Positions 49,165 to 57,900 of a stretch of 63,557 bases of DNA are shown here, one piece after another. The position numbers and the translations under genes are program-made. The stretch covers positions 1-63,557 of IMG/VR virus record IMGVR_UViG_3300046782_000096. One strand, written 5' to 3'. The notes under the pieces are model-generated. The model searched no databases, had not been told where the DNA came from, and saw only the letters and a list, made by a program, of their open reading frames with translations. Each line of letters opens with the position of its first letter. The first letter of the stretch is position 1. Origin of the DNA: a virus (taxonomy: Duplodnaviria > Caudoviricetes).

Positions 49165-49489
49165 GAAGCATAAAAATAGACAGAAAAGCGATACGGTTTA
49201 TCTATACCGGTGGGCAAACTAACGCTCATTGGAACCTAATTACTTTCCATCTAAAAATGTTCTTGCTTCTGTGCAAAGATGGGCTTGTTAATATTTGGTA
49301 TAGTAAGAGGGTAAAATGAAAAACTATACGTATACGTATACAAATCACAAACTAAAAGATGACGATAAACAAAAGAAAATAGTAATAGAAGCTGATGGAA
49401 TAATAGAGGCAGATGAAATATACAAAGAAAAAACAGGCTTAGACCCTGTTAAATGTACCTATATTGGCTGTTCTGTTGGTGTAAAATGA
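49161..49489 (+). CDS. Two short coupled ORFs (49161-49319 and 49316-49489)
   Basis: Consecutive ATGA overlaps. Confidence 0.5.
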
Positions 49490-49977
49490 AGCGGTTTTAC
49501 TTCTTGAAATACCTTGGTCAAGTGTTTGCCCTTGAGCCTAAGACCCGAACCCTGCTGCAAGCCTCACCAGCGGGCGCAGGAGCGCCGCGCCTGACTATCG
49601 CGACCCTCGACACACTGGCGATCCCGCCGGGGCGCAGGCACACACGCAAAGCGGCTATCTGGGAGCTAACCCCGTTGCGGCTTTTAATAGAGTACGAATT
49701 AAATAAGAAAAGAAAGATAGGAGAACCACTAGAGGTAGTTTATCCTTATGTTACTCCATTGCCTAAACCATTGGTAGCGTTTTTATCCAGAGAAGAGTGG
49801 ACAGAGCAAAACCAAAAGGATTGGGATCAATATCAAAGAGATAAAGACAATAAGAAAAAGAAACAACAACGGGATAGGAACAGGCACCCACATCATCGCG
49901 TAATAAAACTAAGTAGTCAACAAGCTAGTTCGGCATTAGAAGGATATACCACTGTTTTAGATGAGGAGACAGAATAA
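49486..49977 (+). CDS. Hypothetical protein
   Basis: ATGA overlap at 49486. Confidence 0.6.
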   Translation: MKRFYFLKYLGQVFALEPKTRTLLQASPAGAGAPRLTIATLDTLAIPPGRRHTRKAAIWELTPLRLLIEYELNKKRKIGEPLEVVYPYVTPLPKPLVAFLSREEWTEQNQKDWDQYQRDKDNKKKKQQRDRNRHPHHRVIKLSSQQASSALEGYTTVLDEETE

Positions 49978-50168
49978 TGTGGAATAGATTAAGGCGTATA
50001 GTAATGCGGTGGGTATGGATGAAACAATATGAAAAGTCTTTAAATGATAGAGCAGAAGTAGAACAAATACTTTTAGATGTATCTAGGGGAGTGCGGCATA
50101 TGCTTACGCCTAAAGAGTGTCGCATGTTAGCAATGAAGCTAGGTGTACCTAAAGAGTGGAGAGACTAA
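49977..50168 (+). CDS. Hypothetical protein
   Basis: GAGGAG RBS. Confidence 0.65.
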   Translation: MWNRLRRIVMRWVWMKQYEKSLNDRAEVEQILLDVSRGVRHMLTPKECRMLAMKLGVPKEWRD

Positions 50169-50169
50169 A

Positions 50170-50370
50170 ATGCATTTTGAAATAAAGAAAGCTGGTATAA
50201 ATAGAGAGGGTAATAGTCGTTACTACTGGTTTCTTTTTGATGATGATAATCTATTTGTATGTTCTAGTCAAAGAGATTATAAAGAGCCAGAACTAGCTTA
50301 CCAAGCTTGTGAAGAATTAATAAGCACAATGCGGAACCCAAGCGAAGAAATTAAAATTCGGGTGACATAA
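50170..50370 (+). CDS. YegP/DUF1508-like small protein
   Basis: FEI.K......YYW.L...N...C.S...Y.....A...C pattern. Confidence 0.55.
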   Translation: MHFEIKKAGINREGNSRYYWFLFDDDNLFVCSSQRDYKEPELAYQACEELISTMRNPSEEIKIRVT

Positions 50371-50380
50371 GAAAAAGTGC

Positions 50381-50408
50381 TTGACGATGGTATTGGTTGT
50401 GCTATACT
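50381..50408 (+). promoter_or_regulatory. sigma70-like promoter
   Basis: TTGACG-N16-TATACT with TG. Confidence 0.7.
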
Positions 50409-50439
50409 GAGAGGGTAAGGCAGTCTTTTGGAGAGTGCT

Positions 50440-51186
50440 ATGCGGAGAAGTTTTAAAAGATCAAACGTTGTCCCGCAATGGGCAAGAGAAATAACAGACG
50501 CAGAAGCGGGAAGCGATGTTAAAATAATCTGGTACTCCTATAAAAATGGATACCGTGGACATGGGAAAGGTAGTCCTTGGGACAAAAGAATTACGTGTCA
50601 CGCAGATGATGATAGAACAAGAGCTAGTGTGTGTTTAGTTTTACATGAGATTACCCATGTAATAACTCCGATTGACGCAGTTAGGAATAGAGAAAGATGG
50701 GCATGGCATGGTCCAGAGTTTATTAAAAGAGTAATTAAACTGTACGAGAAGTATGGTGTATTAGAATATGCTTCTAAATGGGAACACTACGCGCGAATCC
50801 GTAGCGCAATAAAGAGGTATTTACTTATGAACAAATACAAAAATGCAGGTGGTGACAGTAATACGTATGTCCAAGTCAAATGCCCGGTATGTGGCTATAA
50901 GGATATCACACAAGATAAAGCTAACTGGACTTGCTCAGAGTGTGCAGATAAAAAAGAGATGAAAGCGAGGATAATTACAGGTGCAAAAGCAATACAAGAA
51001 AGTCCAGTTACTTCAGTAGCTTTAAAGAAAGCTTTGGACACATTAATAGAACCAGTAAAAGAAACAGGTTTACTAGCTGAGTATTACCGGATGACTGGAC
51101 GCAAGCCAGAAGAACCGGCAAAGGTAATAAAAGAGTATACAGTGAATGGACTCCAGTGTAAGATAGTGAGTACCAAGAGGAATTAA
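50440..51186 (+). CDS. SprT-like zinc metalloprotease domain plus Zn ribbon
   Basis: LHEITH, HGPEF, CPVC...CSEC; GGAGAG RBS. Confidence 0.75.
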   Translation: MRRSFKRSNVVPQWAREITDAEAGSDVKIIWYSYKNGYRGHGKGSPWDKRITCHADDDRTRASVCLVLHEITHVITPIDAVRNRERWAWHGPEFIKRVIKLYEKYGVLEYASKWEHYARIRSAIKRYLLMNKYKNAGGDSNTYVQVKCPVCGYKDITQDKANWTCSECADKKEMKARIITGAKAIQESPVTSVALKKALDTLIEPVKETGLLAEYYRMTGRKPEEPAKVIKEYTVNGLQCKIVSTKRN

Positions 51187-51199
51187 GAGGAGAGGTAGA

Positions 51200-51445
51200 A
51201 TGAGAATTAAAGTACCAGTCTGTGAAATGGAGATAGATGTAGAAGGAAAAACGATTTGGATTCATTCGCCGTTAGGTGCGACAGTGCTTAGAATTAAGTG
51301 CTGGAGTGGAATAGAACTAAGTAAGTGTACAGATAACCCAGTAACACATTTTGATTTAAATATAGGTTTGCCACCGGGGAATACTTACGGGGATCGTGGA
51401 GGTAGAGTTGGTATTTGTCTTGGTCCAGATGCAGTAGAGGAGTAA
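51200..51445 (+). CDS. Hypothetical protein
   Basis: TIWIHSP.GATVLRIKC; strong RBS. Confidence 0.7.
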   Translation: MRIKVPVCEMEIDVEGKTIWIHSPLGATVLRIKCWSGIELSKCTDNPVTHFDLNIGLPPGNTYGDRGGRVGICLGPDAVEE

Positions 51446-51450
51446 ACAAA

Positions 51451-51597
51451 ATGGCAATCAGAAACAGGCGTCGCGGATACATTGTCAGTACCAGAGCAAA
51501 AGACGACAGTGCGAAACCGAACAGAAAGCGGCACATGGGAAATAAACACAGAAAGAAAGCAAGAAACAAAGTTAAAATGAGAAGTCATAGACATTAA
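51451..51597 (+). CDS. Highly basic small protein
   Basis: GAGGAG RBS; R/K-rich. Confidence 0.5.
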   Translation: MAIRNRRRGYIVSTRAKDDSAKPNRKRHMGNKHRKKARNKVKMRSHRH

Positions 51598-51683
51598 TAG
51601 ACAGCGCGGCAGGAATGAAAGCTAACTGTTTTTGCCCCAGTTAGTGAGTAGTTCTTGCTGCGCCGTCATGGCTAGGAGGATTT

Positions 51684-51878
51684 ATGTTATCAGGTGTAGT
51701 AGTTTTAAGTGTATGGGTACTTGGTTTTGTTTTACTTCTATTGGTCCCAGTACATAAGCGCTGGAAGGATGATGGTGACTGTAGAGAGGTAGTGTGGCAT
51801 ACTTTAAGAATCCCGACAAATTTAGAGCGTTTTACTTTATGGCGTTCTAAGATTTATATTAAGGAGGATGTAAAGTGA
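51684..51878 (+). CDS. Small membrane-anchored protein
   Basis: AGGAGG RBS, N-terminal TM. Confidence 0.6.
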   Translation: MLSGVVVLSVWVLGFVLLLLVPVHKRWKDDGDCREVVWHTLRIPTNLERFTLWRSKIYIKEDVK

Positions 51879-52051
51879 AAGTGAGGCGTGAAGACCGGGT
51901 AGACTTTGACCAGACGGCCCTAGCTGTACAGGCGATGAAGGAACGCCAGAGGCAACGGGCGCGGCAGAGGGTGTTGCTGGTGATCGGTACGGTGTCCCTG
52001 CTGGTTGCCGTGCTGATCGCAGTAGGGGTGAAAATATTTTTCTAAAAGGTG

Positions 52052-52080
52052 TTGACAACCGGAAAAGATAGGCGTAGAGT
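52052..52080 (+). promoter_or_regulatory. sigma70-like promoter
   Basis: TTGACA-N17-TAGAGT. Confidence 0.7.
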
Positions 52081-52140
52081 CAGCACTGAGCTAGGGGAAG
52101 ACCTTAGCCGCTACCCCTAAACAAACATAAAGGAAAGACA

Positions 52141-52548
52141 ATGGAATTTCAGATTTTCTCAAAGGTACCAGCACCCCCGCAGAAGCGTGGTCCCGGCTTT
52201 GGTGTACGTGAAAGCAAGTACCCGTTCGATAAGCTGGACGTAGACGACGTACTGGTGATCCCCGGTACGACCAGCAAGAATTTTGGTCCTACTGTTCGCG
52301 CAGCGGAGCAACGTCTAAAGGGTTTTTACTTTACTGTCCGCACCGGTCCAGTAATGGTCAAGGGTGAAGACGGTTCCGATATCGAAGTGGTCCCGGCTGG
52401 TGCCGTTGGCGTATGGCGCATTGCCGTGAAGGCTCCGCGTAAGCCGCAGAAGGCGCGCAGTGCCGAGGATAAGGCCGCTGCGACGGCGAAGGCGAAGGCG
52501 ACACGGGAAGCGAATAAGGCCGCTAAGCTGGCTGCGAAAGCCGGGTAA
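52141..52548 (+). CDS. Putative DNA-binding protein with Lys/Ala histone-like tail
   Basis: SKYPF..L.V.D and GVWR motifs; KA-rich C-terminus; GC-richer codons. Confidence 0.7.
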   Translation: MEFQIFSKVPAPPQKRGPGFGVRESKYPFDKLDVDDVLVIPGTTSKNFGPTVRAAEQRLKGFYFTVRTGPVMVKGEDGSDIEVVPAGAVGVWRIAVKAPRKPQKARSAEDKAAATAKAKATREANKAAKLAAKAG

Positions 52549-52554
52549 TAGATT

Positions 52555-52778
52555 TAAAACAAGGATGGTACTAGACTACAGGGATGGGCAAACTAAGTTA
52601 TGAATAGAGGAAAGTAGAATAGCAAGACGTGACGAAACGCCTTGTGAGTGGAGACTAAAATTAGCCTCTCATTCTACAAAAAACGGGGCAAATCAGGACA
52701 CCCTTGCGAGGGAGCTAAGTCCGCCGCACGCTGTAAGCGGCCCGGTAGTGGAAGTAATTCATTAGGAGATAAAACCCT
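52555..52778 (+). ncRNA. Candidate structured RNA / 5' leader
   Basis: Multiple complementary segments (see findings). Confidence 0.5.
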
Positions 52779-52931
52779 ATGAAGACTGAAATTGAAATTG
52801 CTATTAGAGCATTGCTAGTTAAGATGACCGCAAGTGTAACAACGGAAGAGGCTTTAAAGTTTACACAATCAATGTTAAATTTAGCTCATACAGCCGTTAC
52901 ATTAGCTGCGCTAAAGGACAAGCAAGAGTAA
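52779..52931 (+). CDS. 50-aa protein (not in ORF track)
   Basis: AGGAG RBS; MKTEIEIAIRALL...EALKFTQSMLNLAH. Confidence 0.65.
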   Translation: MKTEIEIAIRALLVKMTASVTTEEALKFTQSMLNLAHTAVTLAALKDKQE

Positions 52932-52968
52932 GGAGTTTTTACTACCAAAACACCGGCAAAAAAAGGGC

Positions 52969-52997
52969 TTGACAAGGCTTCCCGGTAGGCGTATACA
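52969..52997 (+). promoter_or_regulatory. sigma70-like promoter of sRNA
   Basis: TTGACA-N17-TATACA preceded by an A-tract. Confidence 0.7.
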
Positions 52998-53002
52998 GGC
53001 GG

Positions 53003-53108
53003 ATTCCCCGGCTCAGGATCACTCTCCGATTAAGGCCGTCGAGCGCTCCGTCTCCCCTGCGCTCCGGTCTGTGCAAGTCAAAGCACAACCCTTAGCCGGG
53101 TTTTTTTT
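53003..53108 (+). ncRNA. Stand-alone ~105-nt small RNA with anti-SD loops
   Basis: Own promoter; closing stem CCCGGCT.AGG/CCT.AGCCGGG; three internal hairpins; T8 tail; no ORF. Confidence 0.7.
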
Positions 53109-53169
53109 ACTAAGTTTCTAAACTAGACTCACCTAACATAATCCTAGACAACCAAAAGAGAGAAATAAA

Positions 53170-53340
53170 ATGAGCAATGCGATGACGGAATTTAAATCCT
53201 ATACCGATGCAGATAAAGTAGCTTTGCGTGAACTGACTGCTTACGCAAAAGAGAAGACTGGTAAAGACGTGAAGACCGGGGATATGATCTGTGCATTGAC
53301 ACCGGGATTGGAGACTCCAAAAGAGTTGATGGGCATCTAA
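53170..53340 (+). CDS. 56-aa protein (not in ORF track)
   Basis: MSNAMTEFKSYTDADK... Confidence 0.55.
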   Translation: MSNAMTEFKSYTDADKVALRELTAYAKEKTGKDVKTGDMICALTPGLETPKELMGI

Positions 53341-53388
53341 TCTAAACCACAACTAAAGGTAGGTGATCCTAAATCTGTTCCAAAGCGA

Positions 53389-53422
53389 AGCCCCGGCGCT
53401 TAATCCGGGGCTGTTTTATTTT
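53389..53422 (+). terminator. Hairpin/terminator
   Basis: AGCCCCGG...CCGGGGCT then GTTTTATTTT. Confidence 0.6.
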
Positions 53423-53434
53423 GGAGGGTTGCAA

Positions 53435-55114
53435 ATGAAAATGAAGAGAGTGTTAGCGGGGGGCTTACTACTGCTTGCTAGTAGTTTAGCTTTCGCAGTA
53501 CACAACGAAGGGGTATTAGAGTTAGATGGTAACGCTGTTAATGATCCTGCGGTACCGGGGATCGACTGGCAAGATGTTTTTCTTACTCCCGCTGTAGGTC
53601 AGAGTTTTATTAATGACCTTTTTAATTCAAGTGCTGATAATGCTTTTATCGGTGGCGGGTCCAAAGATGTACGAGATATTCCTTTATGGGGACAGACTTT
53701 AACCGGGTCACCAGACAAGGATGATTTAGAACACGCAATGGCTGCTTTATTTACCGTTAATGGTGATGAAGTAGTTTATTTTGCTGCGGATCGTGATAGC
53801 AATAACGGAGACAGTGCGATTGGTTTCTGGTTCTTTCGTTCAGCAGTAAAAGTAAATGGTAGTGGTGGGTTTGATGGAGTCCATACCGTAGGGGACATTT
53901 TAGTTACGTCCGATTTTCTACAGGGTGGCGGCGCTTCTGTAATCAATGTGTTTAAGTGGGTGGGTGGTGCTAATCCATTATCACTTTTGGCCCATTCTGA
54001 AATTAAGAATGGCGTACCGATTGGCGGGACCGTTGATCCTGTAACGGGATTGTTCTGTATTAGCAGCGATATTGCTTGTGCAGTAACAAACAAAGCCGCT
54101 ACACCGGCACCTTGGTCTTATACGTTCAAAGGATCGGCTCCCCCTAATACATTCCCACAAGGTACATTCTTTGAAGGTGGAGTTAATCTAACGCAGCTTT
54201 TAGGTGGGTCTGAGTGCTTTAGTAACTTTCTTGTAATGACCCGTACCTCTGCTAGTACAACGGCACAGCTAAAAGATTTTGTTTTAGGACCGTTTAAGAA
54301 TTGTTCTATCGCAGTGTCTAAAACTTGTAACGTAACTCGTTTAACCACTGCCTCAGACAATACGTCTCTTCTGTACTCTGTGGACTATTCTGGAACGGTA
54401 ACAAATACGTCTGATGGTTCTTTACCGATTGGTACGATTATCACTGTGCGGGATGATGTTGGAACACCGGACCCGGCGACTAGTGACGACCAAAGTCAAT
54501 CATTTACTTTAGCTGCGCCATTAGCTAAGAATGGAACACAAGCTTTTACTGGTAGTTTCTTTAGCAATGACAATCCGCCACATAATACTGTCTATGCAAC
54601 AGCGGCATTTAGTGGCAATTCGCTAACAGCTAACTTTAGTATTGACTGTTCTCCGCTTTCCTTAAGTCCAGCTTTATCAGTGACCAAGGTTTGCGGTACA
54701 CCGGCTGGTGCGCCGGGAGTAGAGTTAGTCCTTAGTGGTGGTAAATTAGTTACACAAGTAAATGTTTCTGGTACTGTATGCAATACTAGCACTACGGCAG
54801 GTTTAAATCTATCGGTAACTGTAGCCGATGACGCAGTAGGTATTGCTAATCCGCCCGATCCAACGCAATTGTTTAATGGTACGTTAGTACAAGGTGCTGT
54901 TGGTACACCGGGGCGTTGCGCTGATTACACGTACAGCTATCAGCCTACAGCAGGCGACGGTAACACGACACCGGCAAGCGTGGCAATGTTTAGCGATACG
55001 GTAACGGCAATGGGTAGTAGTCCTGCGCTGCCAGCGGCACAACAGCCTACAGCTACGGCAACGGCACACTGTGCAGTATGTCCATGCAATGGGTTGAATT
55101 GTCCTACTCCGTAA
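53435..55114 (+). CDS. Exported multi-domain beta-rich protein of cellular type
   Basis: Signal peptide MKMKRVLAGGLLLLASSLAFA; ELDGNA, GGGSKD, PDKDD, GFWFF, FFEGG.NLT; two Ig-like repeats (VSKTC/VTKVC...GTV.NT); GGAGG RBS. Confidence 0.85.
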   Translation: MKMKRVLAGGLLLLASSLAFAVHNEGVLELDGNAVNDPAVPGIDWQDVFLTPAVGQSFINDLFNSSADNAFIGGGSKDVRDIPLWGQTLTGSPDKDDLEHAMAALFTVNGDEVVYFAADRDSNNGDSAIGFWFFRSAVKVNGSGGFDGVHTVGDILVTSDFLQGGGASVINVFKWVGGANPLSLLAHSEIKNGVPIGGTVDPVTGLFCISSDIACAVTNKAATPAPWSYTFKGSAPPNTFPQGTFFEGGVNLTQLLGGSECFSNFLVMTRTSASTTAQLKDFVLGPFKNCSIAVSKTCNVTRLTTASDNTSLLYSVDYSGTVTNTSDGSLPIGTIITVRDDVGTPDPATSDDQSQSFTLAAPLAKNGTQAFTGSFFSNDNPPHNTVYATAAFSGNSLTANFSIDCSPLSLSPALSVTKVCGTPAGAPGVELVLSGGKLVTQVNVSGTVCNTSTTAGLNLSVTVADDAVGIANPPDPTQLFNGTLVQGAVGTPGRCADYTYSYQPTAGDGNTTPASVAMFSDTVTAMGSSPALPAAQQPTATATAHCAVCPCNGLNCPTP

Positions 55115-55164
55115 TAGTTCTAGAACCGGGGCGCAAGGATGCGCCCACTAGGAGTTAAATCTAA

Positions 55165-55368
55165 ATGACTAAGCCTTTTGCGTTCTTTAATAGAGATAAC
55201 GGGTCACTTAGATTTGAAACTTTGCGTGAATTAAGAAATGCTCGTATAGGTGAGCCAAGAGAGATATCGCTTTATACTCAGGAACAGGTAGATACATTAC
55301 TGAATGAAATTAAAGGACTAAAGGAACTAGCGGGTACTAATAATGTAAAACGCTTACCCTTTGACTAG
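55165..55368 (+). CDS. Hypothetical protein
   Basis: AGGAG RBS. Confidence 0.65.
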   Translation: MTKPFAFFNRDNGSLRFETLRELRNARIGEPREISLYTQEQVDTLLNEIKGLKELAGTNNVKRLPFD

Positions 55369-55378
55369 GAGTAAACTA

Positions 55379-55540
55379 ATGATTATTGCACTTAGTTTGT
55401 TAGTATGTATAATTGGTCTTCTAATGTATGCTTTATCAGCTAATCCTAAGCTGGTCCGTGTAGGTGAAATTATGTTCGCTGCTGGTCTATTAGCGTTCCT
55501 TATAAACGCTAGAGAAATTTTACAGGTAATAGGACATTAA
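55379..55540 (+). CDS. 53-aa two-TM membrane protein (not in ORF track)
   Basis: MIIALSLLVCIIGLLMYALSANPKLVRVGEIMFAAGLLAFL; AGGAG RBS. Confidence 0.7.
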   Translation: MIIALSLLVCIIGLLMYALSANPKLVRVGEIMFAAGLLAFLINAREILQVIGH

Positions 55541-55561
55541 CAAGAAAGGACCATCCCACTT

Positions 55562-57466
55562 ATGATTCCTATATTTCTAGATTTTGAAACACATTACTCG
55601 AAAGAGTATTCGCTTAAGCGAATGTCAAATCAAGAGTATATATACGACCCTCGATTTAAAACACATGGTTGCGGTGTGGCTATTGGCCGCGACTCTCCCC
55701 GCTGGTTTAGCGGGCCTACCTTAATAGCGCTTTTACAGCGTGCCGTGCCGGGTAATGTAGTCGTCTGCCATCATGCAGCGTTCGACGTATCTATCTTAGC
55801 ATGGCGCTTTAAACTCCGTCCTCGTTTTATAATTGACACACTGGGTATGTCGCGTGCTTTAATTGGCGAGCGCTTACGATCCCATAGTTTAGATTCAATT
55901 GCTCATTATCTACTTGGCAAAGAGAAAGGACATTATTTAGCTTCTACTATGGGAATTAAAGACTTACGGAAAGATGAAGAGGCGAAATTAGCGGAGTACT
56001 GTCTAGACGATGTTAGATTATGTCGAGAGATTTTTTATGCCTTAATTCCTTACATGCCTAAGCCAGAACTACCGGTAATAGATATGGTAGCACGCATGTA
56101 TACGGAACCTAAGCTACTTTTAGATCAAGAACTATTAATGCAATATCACTCAGAAGTAGTAGCCAAAAGACTGTGTGCATTAGATGAAGCAGGTATAGAA
56201 AATCCAACGGAAGTTAGGTCTAATCCGCAGTTTGCAGCGGCGCTACAGCGGCTAGGGGTCATACCCCCTATGAAGACCAGCCCCACGACCGGGAAGCTCA
56301 CCTATGCCTTTGCCAAGACGGATGAAGGGCTACAGGCGCTAGAGGATCACCCCGACGAACGGGTACAGGCACTGGTTGCCGCTAGACTGGAGAATAGAAG
56401 TACTTTAGCAGAAACAAGAGCAGAGAGTTTTATTACTGCTAGTCGATATGGTGAGTTACCTATTGGTTATAATTATAGTGGCGCACAAACTACACATAGA
56501 TTCTCCGGTGCTTATGGTATGAATTTACAGAACCTACCTAGAGGGGGAGCGTTACGTAAATCTATTATGGCACCAGAAGGCTATGAACTAGTAGTAGGTG
56601 ACCAAAGTCAAATTGAACTTAGAATTACTTTTGCACTGGCAATACATCTATATTTAAAACGATATCCAGATAATGGGTACGAACATTTACCAGAAGTGGA
56701 AGCATTACAAATACTAGCTGGTGGTGGCGATCTTTATGCTACGTTTGGTAGTTACATTTACCAGACAGAGATAACAAAAGAAACTCATCCTTATGAACGT
56801 CAAGTTAGTAAGAGCGCAGTTTTAGGTCTAGGTTTTGGAATGGGTAAAGATAAGTTTATCGCCTATTGTAGACAGCAGAATATTGAAATGGACGATGGAC
56901 TAGCAGCATATATAGTAAAATTTTATAGAGAAAAATACAGCTTAGTTCCGCAGTTGTGGAAATACCTTAATGACTGTTTTAAAGAGTTCTGTGCTTTTAA
57001 TGACCCAATACAGCTTTTCAATGAACCTAATATTACAATCGAATTTACTAGAACGCCACGTAGTGTAATAGCCGGTGCTGTTACTGCATGGGCTAACGAT
57101 GTATCCATAGGACTGCCGGGACAACTAAGAGTAAAATATCCTCAATTAATGTTCCATCCCGGTAGTCGCCAGTTTACTTATGAAAGAGCCAATGGAACGA
57201 CACACCTTTTCGCTGGCAAGTTCGTTGAAAATCTGGTACAGTACCTAGCGCGGCAGATCATCATGGAGCAGACCGTAAGAGTTAATCGCCGGTATCCTGT
57301 TGTGATGAGTACCCATGATGAGATAGCAGCGCTTCCAGAGAAAAGTAAAACAGAACAGTGTAAAGTTGAAATGAAAGAAATAATGGAAGAAAGAATGTCG
57401 TGGTGGCCGAGTTTACCTTTAAATGCAGATATACATAGCGCAATCAGATACGGAGAAGCAAAGTGA
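55562..57466 (+). CDS. polA: DNA polymerase family A with 3'-5' exonuclease
   Basis: LDFET ExoI, H.A.FD ExoII, YC.DD ExoIII, NLQNLPR, motif A DQSQIELR, motif B RQVSKSAVLGLGFG, motif C HDE. Confidence 0.95.
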   Translation: MIPIFLDFETHYSKEYSLKRMSNQEYIYDPRFKTHGCGVAIGRDSPRWFSGPTLIALLQRAVPGNVVVCHHAAFDVSILAWRFKLRPRFIIDTLGMSRALIGERLRSHSLDSIAHYLLGKEKGHYLASTMGIKDLRKDEEAKLAEYCLDDVRLCREIFYALIPYMPKPELPVIDMVARMYTEPKLLLDQELLMQYHSEVVAKRLCALDEAGIENPTEVRSNPQFAAALQRLGVIPPMKTSPTTGKLTYAFAKTDEGLQALEDHPDERVQALVAARLENRSTLAETRAESFITASRYGELPIGYNYSGAQTTHRFSGAYGMNLQNLPRGGALRKSIMAPEGYELVVGDQSQIELRITFALAIHLYLKRYPDNGYEHLPEVEALQILAGGGDLYATFGSYIYQTEITKETHPYERQVSKSAVLGLGFGMGKDKFIAYCRQQNIEMDDGLAAYIVKFYREKYSLVPQLWKYLNDCFKEFCAFNDPIQLFNEPNITIEFTRTPRSVIAGAVTAWANDVSIGLPGQLRVKYPQLMFHPGSRQFTYERANGTTHLFAGKFVENLVQYLARQIIMEQTVRVNRRYPVVMSTHDEIAALPEKSKTEQCKVEMKEIMEERMSWWPSLPLNADIHSAIRYGEAK

Positions 57467-57759
57467 ATTATATTAAAGAGTTTCCTTTTGTACAAATGAA
57501 TGGTTCTATTAAAGTTTATAATGAACAACCGTGGTGGATGGGGTTGCCGATGCAGAAGCATGAGTACCGGGTTACTCCTCCGTCTAAGAGAAAAACTAAA
57601 GCGGAAAAGATTAGTGATACCATGACTAAGATCGGGCGCATGAACCGGGATACTCATATTACAGCGCTTTTGAGTCAAGGTATTGTTAGGCGCAAGCGTG
57701 AGACTGGCAGGGTTACTATTCGGGATGTAATAGATAAACAAGACAAAAGCTGGACTTAA
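57463..57759 (+). CDS. Hypothetical protein
   Basis: GTGA overlap, GGAG RBS. Confidence 0.6.
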   Translation: MNYIKEFPFVQMNGSIKVYNEQPWWMGLPMQKHEYRVTPPSKRKTKAEKISDTMTKIGRMNRDTHITALLSQGIVRRKRETGRVTIRDVIDKQDKSWT

Positions 57760-57765
57760 GGAAAA

Positions 57766-57900
57766 GTGAAAAAGATTGTATTCATGGCGTTGTTTTTTGT
57801 ACTGATAATGGCAGGATTAGCTTACTGGGACTGGCTTGTATACGGTGAATGTATACAAGCTGGTAATCCTTGGTGGTACTGTGCGAGGGTAGCCTCATAA
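57766..57900 (+). CDS. 44-aa membrane peptide (not in ORF track)
   Basis: MKKIVFMALFFVLIMAGLAYWDW...C...WWYC. Confidence 0.55.
   Translation: MKKIVFMALFFVLIMAGLAYWDWLVYGECIQAGNPWWYCARVAS

Noticed and set aside
52570-52740. Group I intron or hammerhead ribozyme
   Set aside because: Only short words (AGACTA, GCTAAGTCC, GACGAAAC) match; P7 partner and CUGANGA core are missing and the element is intergenic
53003-53108. tRNA or Y RNA call for the cloverleaf-like sRNA
   Set aside because: No T-arm GTTCRA, no CCA end, and no Ro60 gene
55562-57466. 2-aminoadenine (Z) genome system
   Set aside because: No PurZ or DatZ ORF is visible; MazG plus one polymerase residue is insufficient
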